From: Thermodesulfobacteriota bacterium
Lineage (GTDB): Bacteria > Desulfobacterota_D > UBA1144
Direction: 5' to 3'
Assembly: GCA_030835345.1 (NCBI GenBank)
Contig: JAURPH010000007.1
Span: 13,542-77,541, forward strand
Length of the DNA stretch: 64,000 bases
The notes under the pieces were generated by a model, which saw nothing but the letters and a program-made list of their open reading frames with translations, was not told the origin of the DNA and ran no database searches. Every line of letters begins with the position of its first letter. The stretch's first letter is position 1. Shown one piece after another: positions 1 to 9,627 of this stretch. The translations under genes and the position numbers were made by a program.

Positions 1-503
1 ACTGTTTCAATATTATGATTAATCACTTCGGGGGTAGCTTCTATTATCAAATCAATTGCTTCTGTTTTACCCAGGAAGTCTGGGATTAAAACTTCAACAT
101 CAATATTGAGGTTCAACTTTTTTATTTCTTTAATAGAATTAGCAAATATTTTTGCACTTTCAATATTTTTATCATCTCTATTAACAGAGGTAAGAACTAT
201 ATGACTTATATTCTCATTATTTTTTTTAATATTTTCTATACCTCTTGCAAGTCTTTTCGGTTCAAGTTGATCAATTAATCCGCCATATCCTGTTTTTACA
301 GCACAAAATCCACAGCTTCTAGTACAAGTATCACCCAGTATCATGAAAGTTAGAGTACCCATGCCCCAGCATTCACCTAAATTGGGACACCTAGCTTCTT
401 CGCAAACTGTATGTAGGTTGTTCTCTTTTGTTAGTTTTTTTAAAGAGCTATAGTTTTCACCTTTAGGAATAAGTGATTTAATCCATTTTGGTTTATTTAT
501 CAA
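1..503 (-). CDS. lipA: Lipoyl synthase LipA, N-terminal part (gene runs off the window edge). Probable TTG start at 503..501.
   Basis: Minus-strand translation reads MINKPKWIKSLIPKG...LHTVCEEARCPNLGECWGMGTLTFMILGDTCTRSCGFCAVKTG. This contains both LipA cysteine clusters (CxxxxCxxxxxC and the radical-SAM CTRSCGFC). The ORF is not in the supplied track because it has no stop inside the window. Confidence 0.7.
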   Translation of the reverse strand, partial: MINKPKWIKSLIPKGENYSSLKKLTKENNLHTVCEEARCPNLGECWGMGTLTFMILGDTCTRSCGFCAVKTGYGGLIDQLEPKRLARGIENIKKNNENISHIVLTSVNRDDKNIESAKIFANSIKEIKKLNLNIDVEVLIPDFLGKTEAIDLIIEATPEVINHNIET

Positions 504-504
504 C

Positions 505-795
505 CTACTTCCCCTCTATTTGAGATTTTGATTCAATTGAAGTTATCTTTTTCTGCAGTTCATTTATTTTCATACTTTTTTGCACAATAGTTATTCCCAT
601 AGAGATCAGACAGATTATAACCCCTATAAAAAAACTAATAATAATTAATAACGAATTACTAACTATTTCATTCTCAAAAGAGTAGAAAAAAACATCTAAA
701 GATAAGTTAAATTCAGATAAAAAAACTTGTTGATTTTGAAATATAAAAATTACTGTTAAAACAAATATAATTGAAATTAAGGAAGCTTTAATCAT
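505..795 (-). CDS. Small inner-membrane protein, LapA/YciS-like (DUF1049)
   Basis: 96 aa with two TM helices and an FQNQQVF motif after TM1 (compare E. coli LapA AQNDQQVTF). It has a C-terminal charged coiled tail and lies between sppA and lipA. Confidence 0.5.
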   Translation of the reverse strand: MIKASLISIIFVLTVIFIFQNQQVFLSEFNLSLDVFFYSFENEIVSNSLLIIISFFIGVIICLISMGITIVQKSMKINELQKKITSIESKSQIEGK

Positions 796-816
796 TATAT
801 GATGATTTTAACACAT

Positions 817-1665
817 TTAACTACCAGGGCTATAGAGGTAAAGAATTTTATGTGCAATTGATCCATAGAATTCTTTATTTACTAATGCAGAGGGTATAAA
901 TTTGTCAATTAATTTTTCTTTCTTTTTAGGATAGTAATCTAATTCAAGCTTAGTCAGCCCAATTTTGTTTTCAATATATTGTTTAGCACTATTTAAACCG
1001 CCCAATGAATCGACTAACTTTAACCTTTTCGCTTGCTTCCCGGTAAAAACCTGACCTTTTGAAACGATTTCAATTTCTTCTGTGCTTAATTTTCTCTCTA
1101 TTTTAACTATTTCTTTAAATTGGTCATGAATATCAATTAAAAGATCACTAATCAATTCTTTTTCTTCAGGTGAAAGAGCTTTTGTAATGCTAGATGTATC
1201 TTTGAATTTTCCTGATTTTAGCACTTCTATATCTAGCTTTATAAATTTAAGTAATCCAGAAACATTATAGTATTGGCTTATAACACCTATACTTCCAGTA
1301 ATTGATCCTGAATTGGCAAATATGTGGTCAGCACCACAAGATATCATATAGCCTCCTGAAGCTCCAATATCTACAATACTGGCAACAATAGGTAAATCGG
1401 GTCTCATTTCTTTTAATGAATTATAAATTTCTTGAGAAGATCCAACCGTACCACCAGGAGAATTAACTCTAACAATTAGTCCTTTTATATTTTTATTAGA
1501 ATTAATTTTTTCTAGATTTATCAGATAAATCTTTGGATTTTCTATTACACCGTTTATTTCTAATACGGCAATTCTCTCTCCCTTAATAACATTACTGAAA
1601 GAACTAAAAATAAATAACAATACTACTGATGAAATTAAAATATATTTCAAATTAAAAAATTTCAT
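817..1665 (-). CDS. sppA: Signal peptide peptidase SppA (36K type)
   Basis: N-terminal TM/signal segment. The S49 serine-protease core reads NSPGGTVGSSQEI...ASGGYMISCGADHIFANSGSITGSIGV. Its stop overlaps the rpsA start. Confidence 0.8.
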   Translation of the reverse strand: MKFFNLKYILISSVVLLFIFSSFSNVIKGERIAVLEINGVIENPKIYLINLEKINSNKNIKGLIVRVNSPGGTVGSSQEIYNSLKEMRPDLPIVASIVDIGASGGYMISCGADHIFANSGSITGSIGVISQYYNVSGLLKFIKLDIEVLKSGKFKDTSSITKALSPEEKELISDLLIDIHDQFKEIVKIERKLSTEEIEIVSKGQVFTGKQAKRLKLVDSLGGLNSAKQYIENKIGLTKLELDYYPKKKEKLIDKFIPSALVNKEFYGSIAHKILYLYSPGS

Positions 1666-3281
1666 TATCCATTAAATTTATCTTTTAATAAGTCACCCAG
1701 GGTTGACTTAAACTCAACTTGAGATTTATTAAAAGAATCAATTGCTTCCTCCTGCCTTATTTTTTCGAGCTTTTTTTGATTAATTATGATTTTTTGGTTT
1801 TTATCATCATATTTTTCAACAATACCAGAAATATTTGAACCTACTTTAGATCCAGCTAGAAGCTCATCATCTAAATAAGATTTTGGAACTATTGCTTTAC
1901 AGTGCTCATATTCATCGATTAAAAATTCATAATTATCAATTGAAATAATTTTTAAATCTAAACATTTTTGACCTTTTTTATATTTATCCTTAAAAATATT
2001 CCATGGGTTCTCAGAGGTATGCTTCAAGCTAACCCTTAAAGTATCTTCTTTGGAGGAAAGACCAATTAATTTAACATCGTATTCCTTTTTTAAATCTATT
2101 TCATCTTTTGAAATATCCCAGTTTATATCTTTCTTATTCATTACAACTTTTAGTCCTGAATCTGTAATCCCTAAATAAATATTCTCTAATTTTTTTCTAA
2201 ATAAAACCTTTAGGATCTGATTAGAATTATTTTTTGCAAACTCTTTTTCAGGGCTATTCATAGTTAGTTTGATTGATCCAACTATATTTTTATTCTCTTT
2301 ATTAAATTCTATAATTTTAAATTTTATTTTATCTCCCAATACAAAATTTTTGCTTATGTCATTTTTAGATATTTTATTCCAGCTACATTCGCTTATTGGT
2401 ATTAAGACATCATAAGAATTTTGTATCTCCACAAATATCCCAAAATCCTTAATATTTATTATGGTCCCTTCAATTTCTTTATTGGAATTAAATGAATCGA
2501 TTATATATTTAGTAGGGTCATTTCCATCCTCCAACAATGTAAGATTGATTTGGTAATTTAAATAGTCTATATCTAAAATCTTAAATTCTTTTATCTCATC
2601 AATTTTGAATAGCGAGTTTAGATTCTTTTTATTACCCCAAGTTAAATTATCCCTTTGAACTTCAACTTTATAATTACTAATTAAAACAATTATCGAGTTA
2701 TTTTTAATATTTATTATTTTGCCTTCAATATGAGTTGGATTTTTATCTTTTAAAAGATTAAAAAAATTATTTTTTCTGAGACTGTCAACCTCCACAGTTG
2801 ATAATTCGTATTCACCCTGATTGGATATAATTAAGGAGTCAATAACTTCATTTTTTTTATAGAACTTTGCAAATGAATCTTCCTCCATATTTTGTTTGGA
2901 TATAAAGCCCTCAATTAAAGTTTTTTTGCCTATATTAACAATTATTTTGTCCTTTGTTTTTCCTAGAAAATATGCCCCAATAATTTCTTTTTGTTCGAAT
3001 TTACTTTCAATTTCTTTTATTTCATCTAGTTTTTTTATTTTTTTTATTGAAAGCATAGGAAATGAGAATGAATCATCTATAAATTCTGCATTTATAGCTT
3101 GATCTTTTACTAGCTGTTTTAATTCCAATTGATCAAATTCTTTTATATTGATTCTTCCTTCGGATTTATATCCAAAATCAATATATATAAATTCATCATC
3201 TTTTCTTAAGTATTTCCCAGTAACTATATTCCCCTTCTTTGGAATTTCTATCACTATATCTTGTAATTTTGGTTGTTCCAT
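1665..3281 (-). CDS. rpsA: 30S ribosomal protein S1 (divergent, six S1-like repeats)
   Basis: 538 aa with repeated S1 OB-fold signatures (e.g. GTIINIKDFGIFVEI...VLIPISECSW and FGYKSEGRINIKEF). It occupies the conserved cmk-rpsA neighbourhood. Confidence 0.75.
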   Translation of the reverse strand: MEQPKLQDIVIEIPKKGNIVTGKYLRKDDEFIYIDFGYKSEGRINIKEFDQLELKQLVKDQAINAEFIDDSFSFPMLSIKKIKKLDEIKEIESKFEQKEIIGAYFLGKTKDKIIVNIGKKTLIEGFISKQNMEEDSFAKFYKKNEVIDSLIISNQGEYELSTVEVDSLRKNNFFNLLKDKNPTHIEGKIINIKNNSIIVLISNYKVEVQRDNLTWGNKKNLNSLFKIDEIKEFKILDIDYLNYQINLTLLEDGNDPTKYIIDSFNSNKEIEGTIINIKDFGIFVEIQNSYDVLIPISECSWNKISKNDISKNFVLGDKIKFKIIEFNKENKNIVGSIKLTMNSPEKEFAKNNSNQILKVLFRKKLENIYLGITDSGLKVVMNKKDINWDISKDEIDLKKEYDVKLIGLSSKEDTLRVSLKHTSENPWNIFKDKYKKGQKCLDLKIISIDNYEFLIDEYEHCKAIVPKSYLDDELLAGSKVGSNISGIVEKYDDKNQKIIINQKKLEKIRQEEAIDSFNKSQVEFKSTLGDLLKDKFNG

Positions 3282-3282
3282 T

Positions 3283-4125
3283 TTATGCCATCATCAAGTT
3301 GTCTATAGTTTTCTTTATAAGCCAAGGTGGTGTTGATGCACCCGCACTAATCCCAACAACTTTATCTTTAAAATTAATATTTAAGTCAGAAACTTGATCA
3401 AATGTTTCTATTTGATGAGTCTCTGAATTAATGTCTTTACACATCTTAGTTATTTCTTTTGTATTAGAGCTATTTTTACCACCGATAACAAGCATAATAT
3501 CAACATCTTTGGCAATTTCAACTGCTTCTATCTGTTTGTTGTGAATATCATCACAAAGGGTATCTATTATTTTAAGTTCTATTTTCTTTATTTTTTTAAG
3601 CTTGTTAACAACCTTCCAGAAATCTTCAACAGGTATGGTAGTTTGGGCTACAACACCAATTTTTCTTTTTTCTTTAGGAAGTTGACTTAATTGATTGAGA
3701 TCTCTAATAATAGTTATATCATCTTTAGCATAACTTTTAGCGCCTATTATTTCTGGGTGTTTGTGATCACCGACAATTAGTACATGAAAACCATTTTCAT
3801 AAAGAGATTTAACAGCAAATTGAAGTTTCTTTACGATTGGGCATGTCATATCAACAATGTTTGAATCATTAGATTCTAAAGTATTTTGGTCATCTATTGT
3901 AATACCATGAGCTCTTATAATGATTGTACCTTTTTTATTTTCAATTTTATCTAAGACTCTCAAGCCTTTAGCCTCAAGTTTCTCAATTGTTTGAGGGTTG
4001 TGAATTAAAGGTCCATAAGAAAAAACACTTTGTTCTTGGTCTAATTGCTCCTCTGCAGTTGATACAGCTTTTTCAACACCAAAACATACACCTGCACTGT
4101 CAGCTAAAATAATTTTTTTAGCCAT
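3283..4125 (-). CDS. ispH: 4-hydroxy-3-methylbut-2-enyl diphosphate reductase IspH/LytB
   Basis: MAKKIILADSAGVCFGVEKAV...IHNPQTIEKLEAKGLRV... with conserved Cys residues of the LytB family. 280 aa. Confidence 0.85.
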   Translation of the reverse strand: MAKKIILADSAGVCFGVEKAVSTAEEQLDQEQSVFSYGPLIHNPQTIEKLEAKGLRVLDKIENKKGTIIIRAHGITIDDQNTLESNDSNIVDMTCPIVKKLQFAVKSLYENGFHVLIVGDHKHPEIIGAKSYAKDDITIIRDLNQLSQLPKEKRKIGVVAQTTIPVEDFWKVVNKLKKIKKIELKIIDTLCDDIHNKQIEAVEIAKDVDIMLVIGGKNSSNTKEITKMCKDINSETHQIETFDQVSDLNINFKDKVVGISAGASTPPWLIKKTIDNLMMA

Positions 4126-4816
4126 CTATGATTATCCTATCGCTAATTTTATTAACCACATTATCAATAGATAATTCAGAAGTATCAATAATTACAGAAT
4201 CTTCAGCTGGGTGTAGCGGACAAATTGCCCTTGTTTTATCAAGCTCATCTCTTTCATTTATTTCTTCTAACACTTTAGATTTGTTAACTTTAATTCCTAA
4301 AATTTTCTCCAACTGATTTGCACGTCTTTCTGCTCTTATTTGGGGGTCAGCATCTAAATAAAATTTATAGTTTGCTTCAGGAAATACATATGTACCCATA
4401 TCTCTTCCCTCTGCTACGTAATCTTTTTTTCTAACAATCCTTTTTTGCATTTCTCTTAAAATTCCACGAACAATCTCTAAAGATGCAAACTTGGAGGCAA
4501 GCCTGGAAATTTCATTTGTTCTAATTTCATCAGTAACATCTTCAGTGTTTAAATAAACCTTATCGATTCCATCTTCATTTATAAATTGTATATGAATATC
4601 TATTAAGAGTTTTTTTAACTTATCAGAATCATTCTCTTTAATATTATGCATATCTGCATAAAGTGCTAAAGCCCTATACATAGCACCTGAATCTAAATAT
4701 TTTATATTTAGTTTCTCTGAAATTATTTTAGCTATAGTTCCCTTGCCTACACCAGAAGGACCATCAATTGTAATAATCATATTATATATTTTTTCTGAAT
4801 TGCTCGAAAATTTCAA
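4118..4816 (-). CDS. cmk: Cytidylate kinase (true start probably the internal Met near 4780)
   Basis: P-loop IITIDGPSGVGKGTIAKIISEKLNIKYLDSGAMYRALA is the typical CMP kinase N-terminus. The extended ORF overlaps the aroA 3' end. Confidence 0.85.
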   Translation of the reverse strand: MKFSSNSEKIYNMIITIDGPSGVGKGTIAKIISEKLNIKYLDSGAMYRALALYADMHNIKENDSDKLKKLLIDIHIQFINEDGIDKVYLNTEDVTDEIRTNEISRLASKFASLEIVRGILREMQKRIVRKKDYVAEGRDMGTYVFPEANYKFYLDADPQIRAERRANQLEKILGIKVNKSKVLEEINERDELDKTRAICPLHPAEDSVIIDTSELSIDNVVNKISDRIIIDG

Positions 4817-6071
4817 AGAAATTTGGAAATGATATCGAAACGCAATCCGAGTCTAAAATTTTTACTTGATTTGTGCATCTAGTTGCTGCGATAGCTAACA
4901 TCATTGCAATTCTATGATCAAAATGACTTTTACATATACCTCCATTTAATGATTCTTTACCTTTTATTTTAATATCATCGTTATTTTGATTGATATCAGC
5001 CCCTAGCTGACTTAATTCTGATACTATTGAATTAATTCTATCTGATTCTTTATACCTCAATTCAGTAGCTCCCAGGATATTCGAGGTACCTTCTGCCAAA
5101 CTCATTGCAAGTGATAGTATAGGGATTTCATCTATGATTAAAGGAATATCTTCTCCACAAATATCTATTCCCTTCAAATCGCTATGCTTTACGAGTATAT
5201 CGCCAACTTTTTCACCACTGATATTAGAGATGTTTTCATATGAAATATTTCCACCCATCTTTTGTAGAATCTCAATAAATTTAATTCTTGTTGGATTTAA
5301 ACATATTTTTTCAAGTTTAATAGAAGAGCCTTGGTTTAAAAGTGAGCCCACAATAAAAAACGCTGCACTCGAGGGATCATTTGGAATATCAATTAAATCA
5401 TTCTTGATTATAGGGTCTGGAGTAATCTTTATTATATTATCCTCAGTAACAATATTCTCTGTAAAATATTCTAGAAGTATTTCAGTATGGTCCCTTGATT
5501 TTATTTCTGTTTCAATTGTTAATTCACTTTCACCAGTTAGCCCAGCAAATATTACCGCAGATTTAACTTGTGCAGAACCTGAATTAAGTTTTATATGGCC
5601 ACCTTTTATTTTAGAACTTTTTATAGTCACAGGGAATTTCCCATCAGTTGTATCTATCTCTGCTCCAATTTCTTCTAAGGGAGTTTTTACTCTATCCATT
5701 GGCCTTTTTCTAAGGGACTCATCACCATCTAATACTGATTCAAAATTTTGCCCGGCTAAAAGCCCTGTTAGCAACCTGGCAGTTGTTCCGGAGTTTCCAC
5801 AATCAATGGTCTCTGGAGATTGTATATATTCTTTTACCCCAGTGCCTCTAGTAAAATATTTTCCATTATTCTCTGCAAACATGACTCCAATAGCTCCTAG
5901 TGAATACATTGTTGTTTTAACATCATCTGACATCAATAGATTGGTAATTTTTGTCATTTCTTTATTAAAGCTGGATAAAAAAACAGCCCTATGTGATATA
6001 GACTTGTCAGGAGGTATGTTTACTTCGCCAACAAAAACAAATTTAGATTTATTTACAATATATTCACTCAT
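4782..6071 (-). CDS. aroA: 3-phosphoshikimate 1-carboxyvinyltransferase (EPSP synthase)
   Basis: KSISHRAVFLSSF...GNSGTTARLLTGLLAGQ...LDGDESLRKRPM are EPSPS signature motifs. 429 aa. Confidence 0.9.
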   Translation of the reverse strand: MSEYIVNKSKFVFVGEVNIPPDKSISHRAVFLSSFNKEMTKITNLLMSDDVKTTMYSLGAIGVMFAENNGKYFTRGTGVKEYIQSPETIDCGNSGTTARLLTGLLAGQNFESVLDGDESLRKRPMDRVKTPLEEIGAEIDTTDGKFPVTIKSSKIKGGHIKLNSGSAQVKSAVIFAGLTGESELTIETEIKSRDHTEILLEYFTENIVTEDNIIKITPDPIIKNDLIDIPNDPSSAAFFIVGSLLNQGSSIKLEKICLNPTRIKFIEILQKMGGNISYENISNISGEKVGDILVKHSDLKGIDICGEDIPLIIDEIPILSLAMSLAEGTSNILGATELRYKESDRINSIVSELSQLGADINQNNDDIKIKGKESLNGGICKSHFDHRIAMMLAIAATRCTNQVKILDSDCVSISFPNFFEIFEQFRKNI

Positions 6072-6112
6072 TATTACCTCGCAGTAAGATATAATAACCT
6101 TAAATTATTATT

Positions 6113-7063
6113 ATGAGTAAATTTCTTAAGAAAATAAAAAAAGCTTTAATAATTGGAATTGGGGGTGGAGCAGATATTGTTGGAACAATACCAATGAAAT
6201 CATATCTCGAAGAGCATGGAATAGAATGTTATTTAGGGGGATTGCCATGGGAAAGGTATTCAATTGATCCTTATCCAGGACCTAGAAGGTTTAGTGAAAT
6301 TCAAAAAAAGAGGAGTTTTAATAAAAGTATTTGTTTTATAACAGATAAAACTCTAACTAAAGATGGTCTTCAATTCAGTGAATCTAAAGTGGCAAATTTT
6401 GTACAAAATAAAATTATTTTCGTTAATATTTTTAATTCAATTAGAAGTATTGCAGCTGACTTAATAGAGTTTATTAATGATAAAAAAATTGATTATGTAG
6501 TAGGTGTCGATGTTGGCGGCGATGTTTTAGCTTTGGGAGATGAAAAAGGATTGGCAAGCCCTTTAGCTGATTCAATAATGTTGAATGTACTTAAAATTAT
6601 TGAAGCTAAATGTTTAACACACCTTGGGGTTCTGGGTTATGGAAGTGATGGGGAATTAAAAATAAGTGAAATTAATAAATGTATGGCAATAGCATCTTCA
6701 AAAAAAGGCCTAGTAGGGTCTGTGGGACTTTCTACGGATGCATATAAAACAATGAAGGAAATAGTAAAAAAAGTAGAGACTGATGCAAGCAGAATTCCTT
6801 TACTATCTTTTGAGGGTTCTTATGGAAATCACCCCATAAGGAGAGGAAGAATTCAAGTTGAGGTCCATCCAATGTCTCAAATAACATTTTTATTTAGCCC
6901 CACAATTGTTTTTAAAAATTTATCGAACCCAGCAAGGCTTATATCTAAAAGCAAAAGTTTTTATGAAGCAAATGAAATACTGTTAACGAATAATATTTCT
7001 TCAGAATTCAATTATGAAGTTAAAAAACATATGGAAATTAGCTCATTAAATAATAAAGGATAA
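6113..7063 (+). CDS. Conserved hypothetical protein, tentatively DUF1152-like (glycine-rich GIGGGAD loop)
   Basis: 316 aa with N-terminal ALIIGIGGGADIVGT...GGLPWERYSIDPYPGPRRF. My recollection is that this matches the DUF1152 family pattern, but I cannot verify it. It has no TM segments. Its 3' end overlaps the convergent transporter gene by about 26 nt. Confidence 0.35.
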   Translation: MSKFLKKIKKALIIGIGGGADIVGTIPMKSYLEEHGIECYLGGLPWERYSIDPYPGPRRFSEIQKKRSFNKSICFITDKTLTKDGLQFSESKVANFVQNKIIFVNIFNSIRSIAADLIEFINDKKIDYVVGVDVGGDVLALGDEKGLASPLADSIMLNVLKIIEAKCLTHLGVLGYGSDGELKISEINKCMAIASSKKGLVGSVGLSTDAYKTMKEIVKKVETDASRIPLLSFEGSYGNHPIRRGRIQVEVHPMSQITFLFSPTIVFKNLSNPARLISKSKSFYEANEILLTNNISSEFNYEVKKHMEISSLNNKG

Positions 7064-7919
7064 TAGGAATCGTAAATAAAGACAGCAATGTTGATACAAA
7101 AACTATAGATGCAACTCTATCAGGATTTTTGTCATATTTATCTGCTAAGATAAAATTGAATACAGCTGAAGGCATTGAGTATTGGATTATAAAAACTTTT
7201 ATCAGCAAATTGTCAATATTAAAAAAACCACAAATCACTGAACTTATAATAAATCCATATGTAAGCCTGATGCAGCTTATTATTATATCGCTTTTTATAT
7301 TTATTATTTTTGTTTCAGCAAGTTTATGACCCAAGCTAAACATCATCAAAGGAATACAAGTTGTTCCTATTAATTTTAGAGAATTATTTATTGGTTCATA
7401 AACTTTAACATCATAATTATTTAGTATTAATGCCAAAACAACAGTATAAATTAGTGGAACTTTGAAAACTTCTTGAAGATTACCAATTCCATTAATGAAT
7501 GCAATTCCAACTGAACAATGTAAGAAGAAAACTATAGTTGTAAAAAGAATAGCGTAATCAAATGCTTGTTCGCCAAATGCAAAAAGAACAATGGGTAAGC
7601 CAAGATTTGCTGTATTCGGGAATATTATTGTATTCAGAAAAATCTTTGGATCTTTTTTTATAATTCTGAGTACCAGATAAATTACTGGTACTCCAATCAG
7701 GACAATAGTGCCACCAATATATACAATATTTAGAATTTCATTTAGTTTTATATTGTCATTAGTTAATGAGGTAAAAATTAAGCAAGGGGTTGCAAGATAT
7801 AGCAATATTAAATTAATAGGTTTCATATTTGTTGATGTGAATTTGCCAAATAAGAATCCAACAGACACTACTAAAATGACTGGCAATATTACTTCAAAAA
7901 CTTTTAACCAAAGGTCCAT
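7038..7919 (-). CDS. AEC-family (auxin efflux carrier / malate permease-like) membrane transporter
   Basis: 293 aa, polytopic, with an N-terminal MDLWLKVFEVILPVILVVSVGFLFGK typical of AEC/MleP-type permeases. Confidence 0.6.
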   Translation of the reverse strand: MDLWLKVFEVILPVILVVSVGFLFGKFTSTNMKPINLILLYLATPCLIFTSLTNDNIKLNEILNIVYIGGTIVLIGVPVIYLVLRIIKKDPKIFLNTIIFPNTANLGLPIVLFAFGEQAFDYAILFTTIVFFLHCSVGIAFINGIGNLQEVFKVPLIYTVVLALILNNYDVKVYEPINNSLKLIGTTCIPLMMFSLGHKLAETKIINIKSDIIISCIRLTYGFIISSVICGFFNIDNLLIKVFIIQYSMPSAVFNFILADKYDKNPDRVASIVFVSTLLSLFTIPIILYYLMS

Positions 7920-8077
7920 ACTAAATTCTACACATAAAACTTAGTAATTGATTTAATAATTCTAAAAAATAGATTTAAATAAACATTAGGATGAAATTCC
8001 AAAATAAAGGTTTTTTAAAAAATGTTATTATATTACGATAAACTTGAATTTTTAAACATTTGGAGGAAAATTGATAT

Positions 8078-8473
8078 ATGTGGTTTTTAAGAACTAGCGC
8101 AACATGGGCTACAATATTACCCAGATTAATTTTAGCGCTAACATTTATTCCTGCAGGATGGAATAAGCTTATAGATTTCCAATCTAAGGCATTATCATGG
8201 CAAGTTAACTTTGGTTTTGAGTATTGGCACACTGGTGTTGCCGTTTTTGTTGAATTTTTTGGTGGTATTGCAATTGCTGTAGGACTTTTGACTAGACTTT
8301 CAGCTTTTGGAATTATTGTAGTTATGATTGTTGGTATCTGGGTTGCACATTTAAATAATGGTTTTTATCCTACTTATGACACTTATGGTTATCAACTTTG
8401 TTTAATTGGATTAGCCTATGTATTACTTTTTACTGGTGGAGGAAATTACTCTTTAGATAAAAGATTTTTTTAG
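8078..8473 (+). CDS. DoxX-family membrane protein
   Basis: 131 aa. LPRLILALTFIPAGWNKL...FVEFFGGIAIAVGLLTRLSAFGIIVVMIVGIW is the DoxX signature. A GGAGG RBS sits 8 nt upstream. Confidence 0.7.
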   Translation: MWFLRTSATWATILPRLILALTFIPAGWNKLIDFQSKALSWQVNFGFEYWHTGVAVFVEFFGGIAIAVGLLTRLSAFGIIVVMIVGIWVAHLNNGFYPTYDTYGYQLCLIGLAYVLLFTGGGNYSLDKRFF

Positions 8474-9627
8474 GGGAGCCTTTTTTTAATTAGCTCAACT
8501 GCAGGCTGGTCAAAGGGATTAATATCCAACCTTATTCCGATAAGAGTTACAATAAGTTCAAACATTATAAATAAACTTCCAAGATCTGTAGGACTAATGT
8601 CTTTGATTTCCATCTTTAAAGTTGGAACATGTTTTTCTTTAAGTGCAGCTTGAGTCGCATTTAACTCTAATAAATTAGCATCGTCTATAGTTTTACTTTT
8701 ACTTTGTGATTTTTTTGAAGATAACAAAAATACAACTTTATCTTTGGGGCCATCAAGAATAAGTTGCATTTGTGAATGTTGATCTTTTGGCCCAAGGTAC
8801 TTAATGGGTGTTAACCCAATTGAATACCCTCCAAAATTTTCTTTCCCTAAGCTCTCAGCTATTAATTGCATTAACCATTCTGAAAAGGAGTCCAGGTGAT
8901 TATCGTATGCCATCAAACATATTATGTTCTTTCCATTTCTATAGTTATTTATTAGAAAATTACATACAGATTCGATAAGTATAAAATTTGTTTTTTTCTG
9001 GGTTTCTAGAAAATTTAAGGCACCTTGGTGCATTTCCAACCAATTAAAATTATTTATCTGACATGGAATATATGTGGATTTACTTAGCACAGAGAATCTG
9101 CCCCCAAGCTCCCTATTTATATCAAACACTTTTATATTTTCCTCTTTGGCTATTTTATTTAGATTTGAATTATCTGTATCGGTTATAAAGAAAACATTCT
9201 CAGAACTATTAATTTTCTTTAAAACTTCATTCAGCAATGTTATTACTTCGAAAGTATTTCCAGATTTACTTATAAATAGGAAAATTGTTTGATTAATATC
9301 TAAATTTTTAAAAATATTATTAAATTCTTGTGAATCTAGGTTGTCTATTGTATATGTTTTTTTTGATAGCAGATCGGGAAAAATTTTGAAAATTGCTTTA
9401 GTTCCAAGAGTAGAACCACCAAATCCAATTAAAACAAGATTCTCAATATCTTGTAATTGGATAGAATCAAGCTCAATCGGACTGTGTGGCTGAGAAGATA
9501 GTTCTTTAATGAATTCAGTTGACAACAATAGCTCTCTTTCTTCTGGAGATATATTGCTAGTCTCACTGATTTCTATATCAAAATTTATTTTTTCGTTTAT
9601 CACCATTTGATTACAGCAGAGCCCCAA
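8470..9627 (-). CDS. pgi: Glucose-6-phosphate isomerase, short (about 380 aa) form
   Basis: Both PGI PROSITE-type motifs are present: ELGGRFSVLSKSTY and NPFDQPAVE. SIS-domain motifs are LIGFGGSTLG and FISKSGNTFE. Confidence 0.7.
   Translation of the reverse strand: MGLCCNQMVINEKINFDIEISETSNISPEERELLLSTEFIKELSSQPHSPIELDSIQLQDIENLVLIGFGGSTLGTKAIFKIFPDLLSKKTYTIDNLDSQEFNNIFKNLDINQTIFLFISKSGNTFEVITLLNEVLKKINSSENVFFITDTDNSNLNKIAKEENIKVFDINRELGGRFSVLSKSTYIPCQINNFNWLEMHQGALNFLETQKKTNFILIESVCNFLINNYRNGKNIICLMAYDNHLDSFSEWLMQLIAESLGKENFGGYSIGLTPIKYLGPKDQHSQMQLILDGPKDKVVFLLSSKKSQSKSKTIDDANLLELNATQAALKEKHVPTLKMEIKDISPTDLGSLFIMFELIVTLIGIRLDINPFDQPAVELIKKRLP

Noticed and set aside
5134-6087. 317-aa ORF on the plus strand
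   Set aside because: It is entirely antisense to aroA, which has strong EPSPS motifs. Its S/I/F/P-rich low-complexity translation is typical of the reverse frame of an AT-rich gene. There is no RBS.
7975-8232. 85-aa minus-strand ORF in the AEC/DoxX divergent region
   Set aside because: It overlaps the DoxX start and the GGAGG RBS on the opposite strand and is more likely promoter DNA. There is no support for coding.
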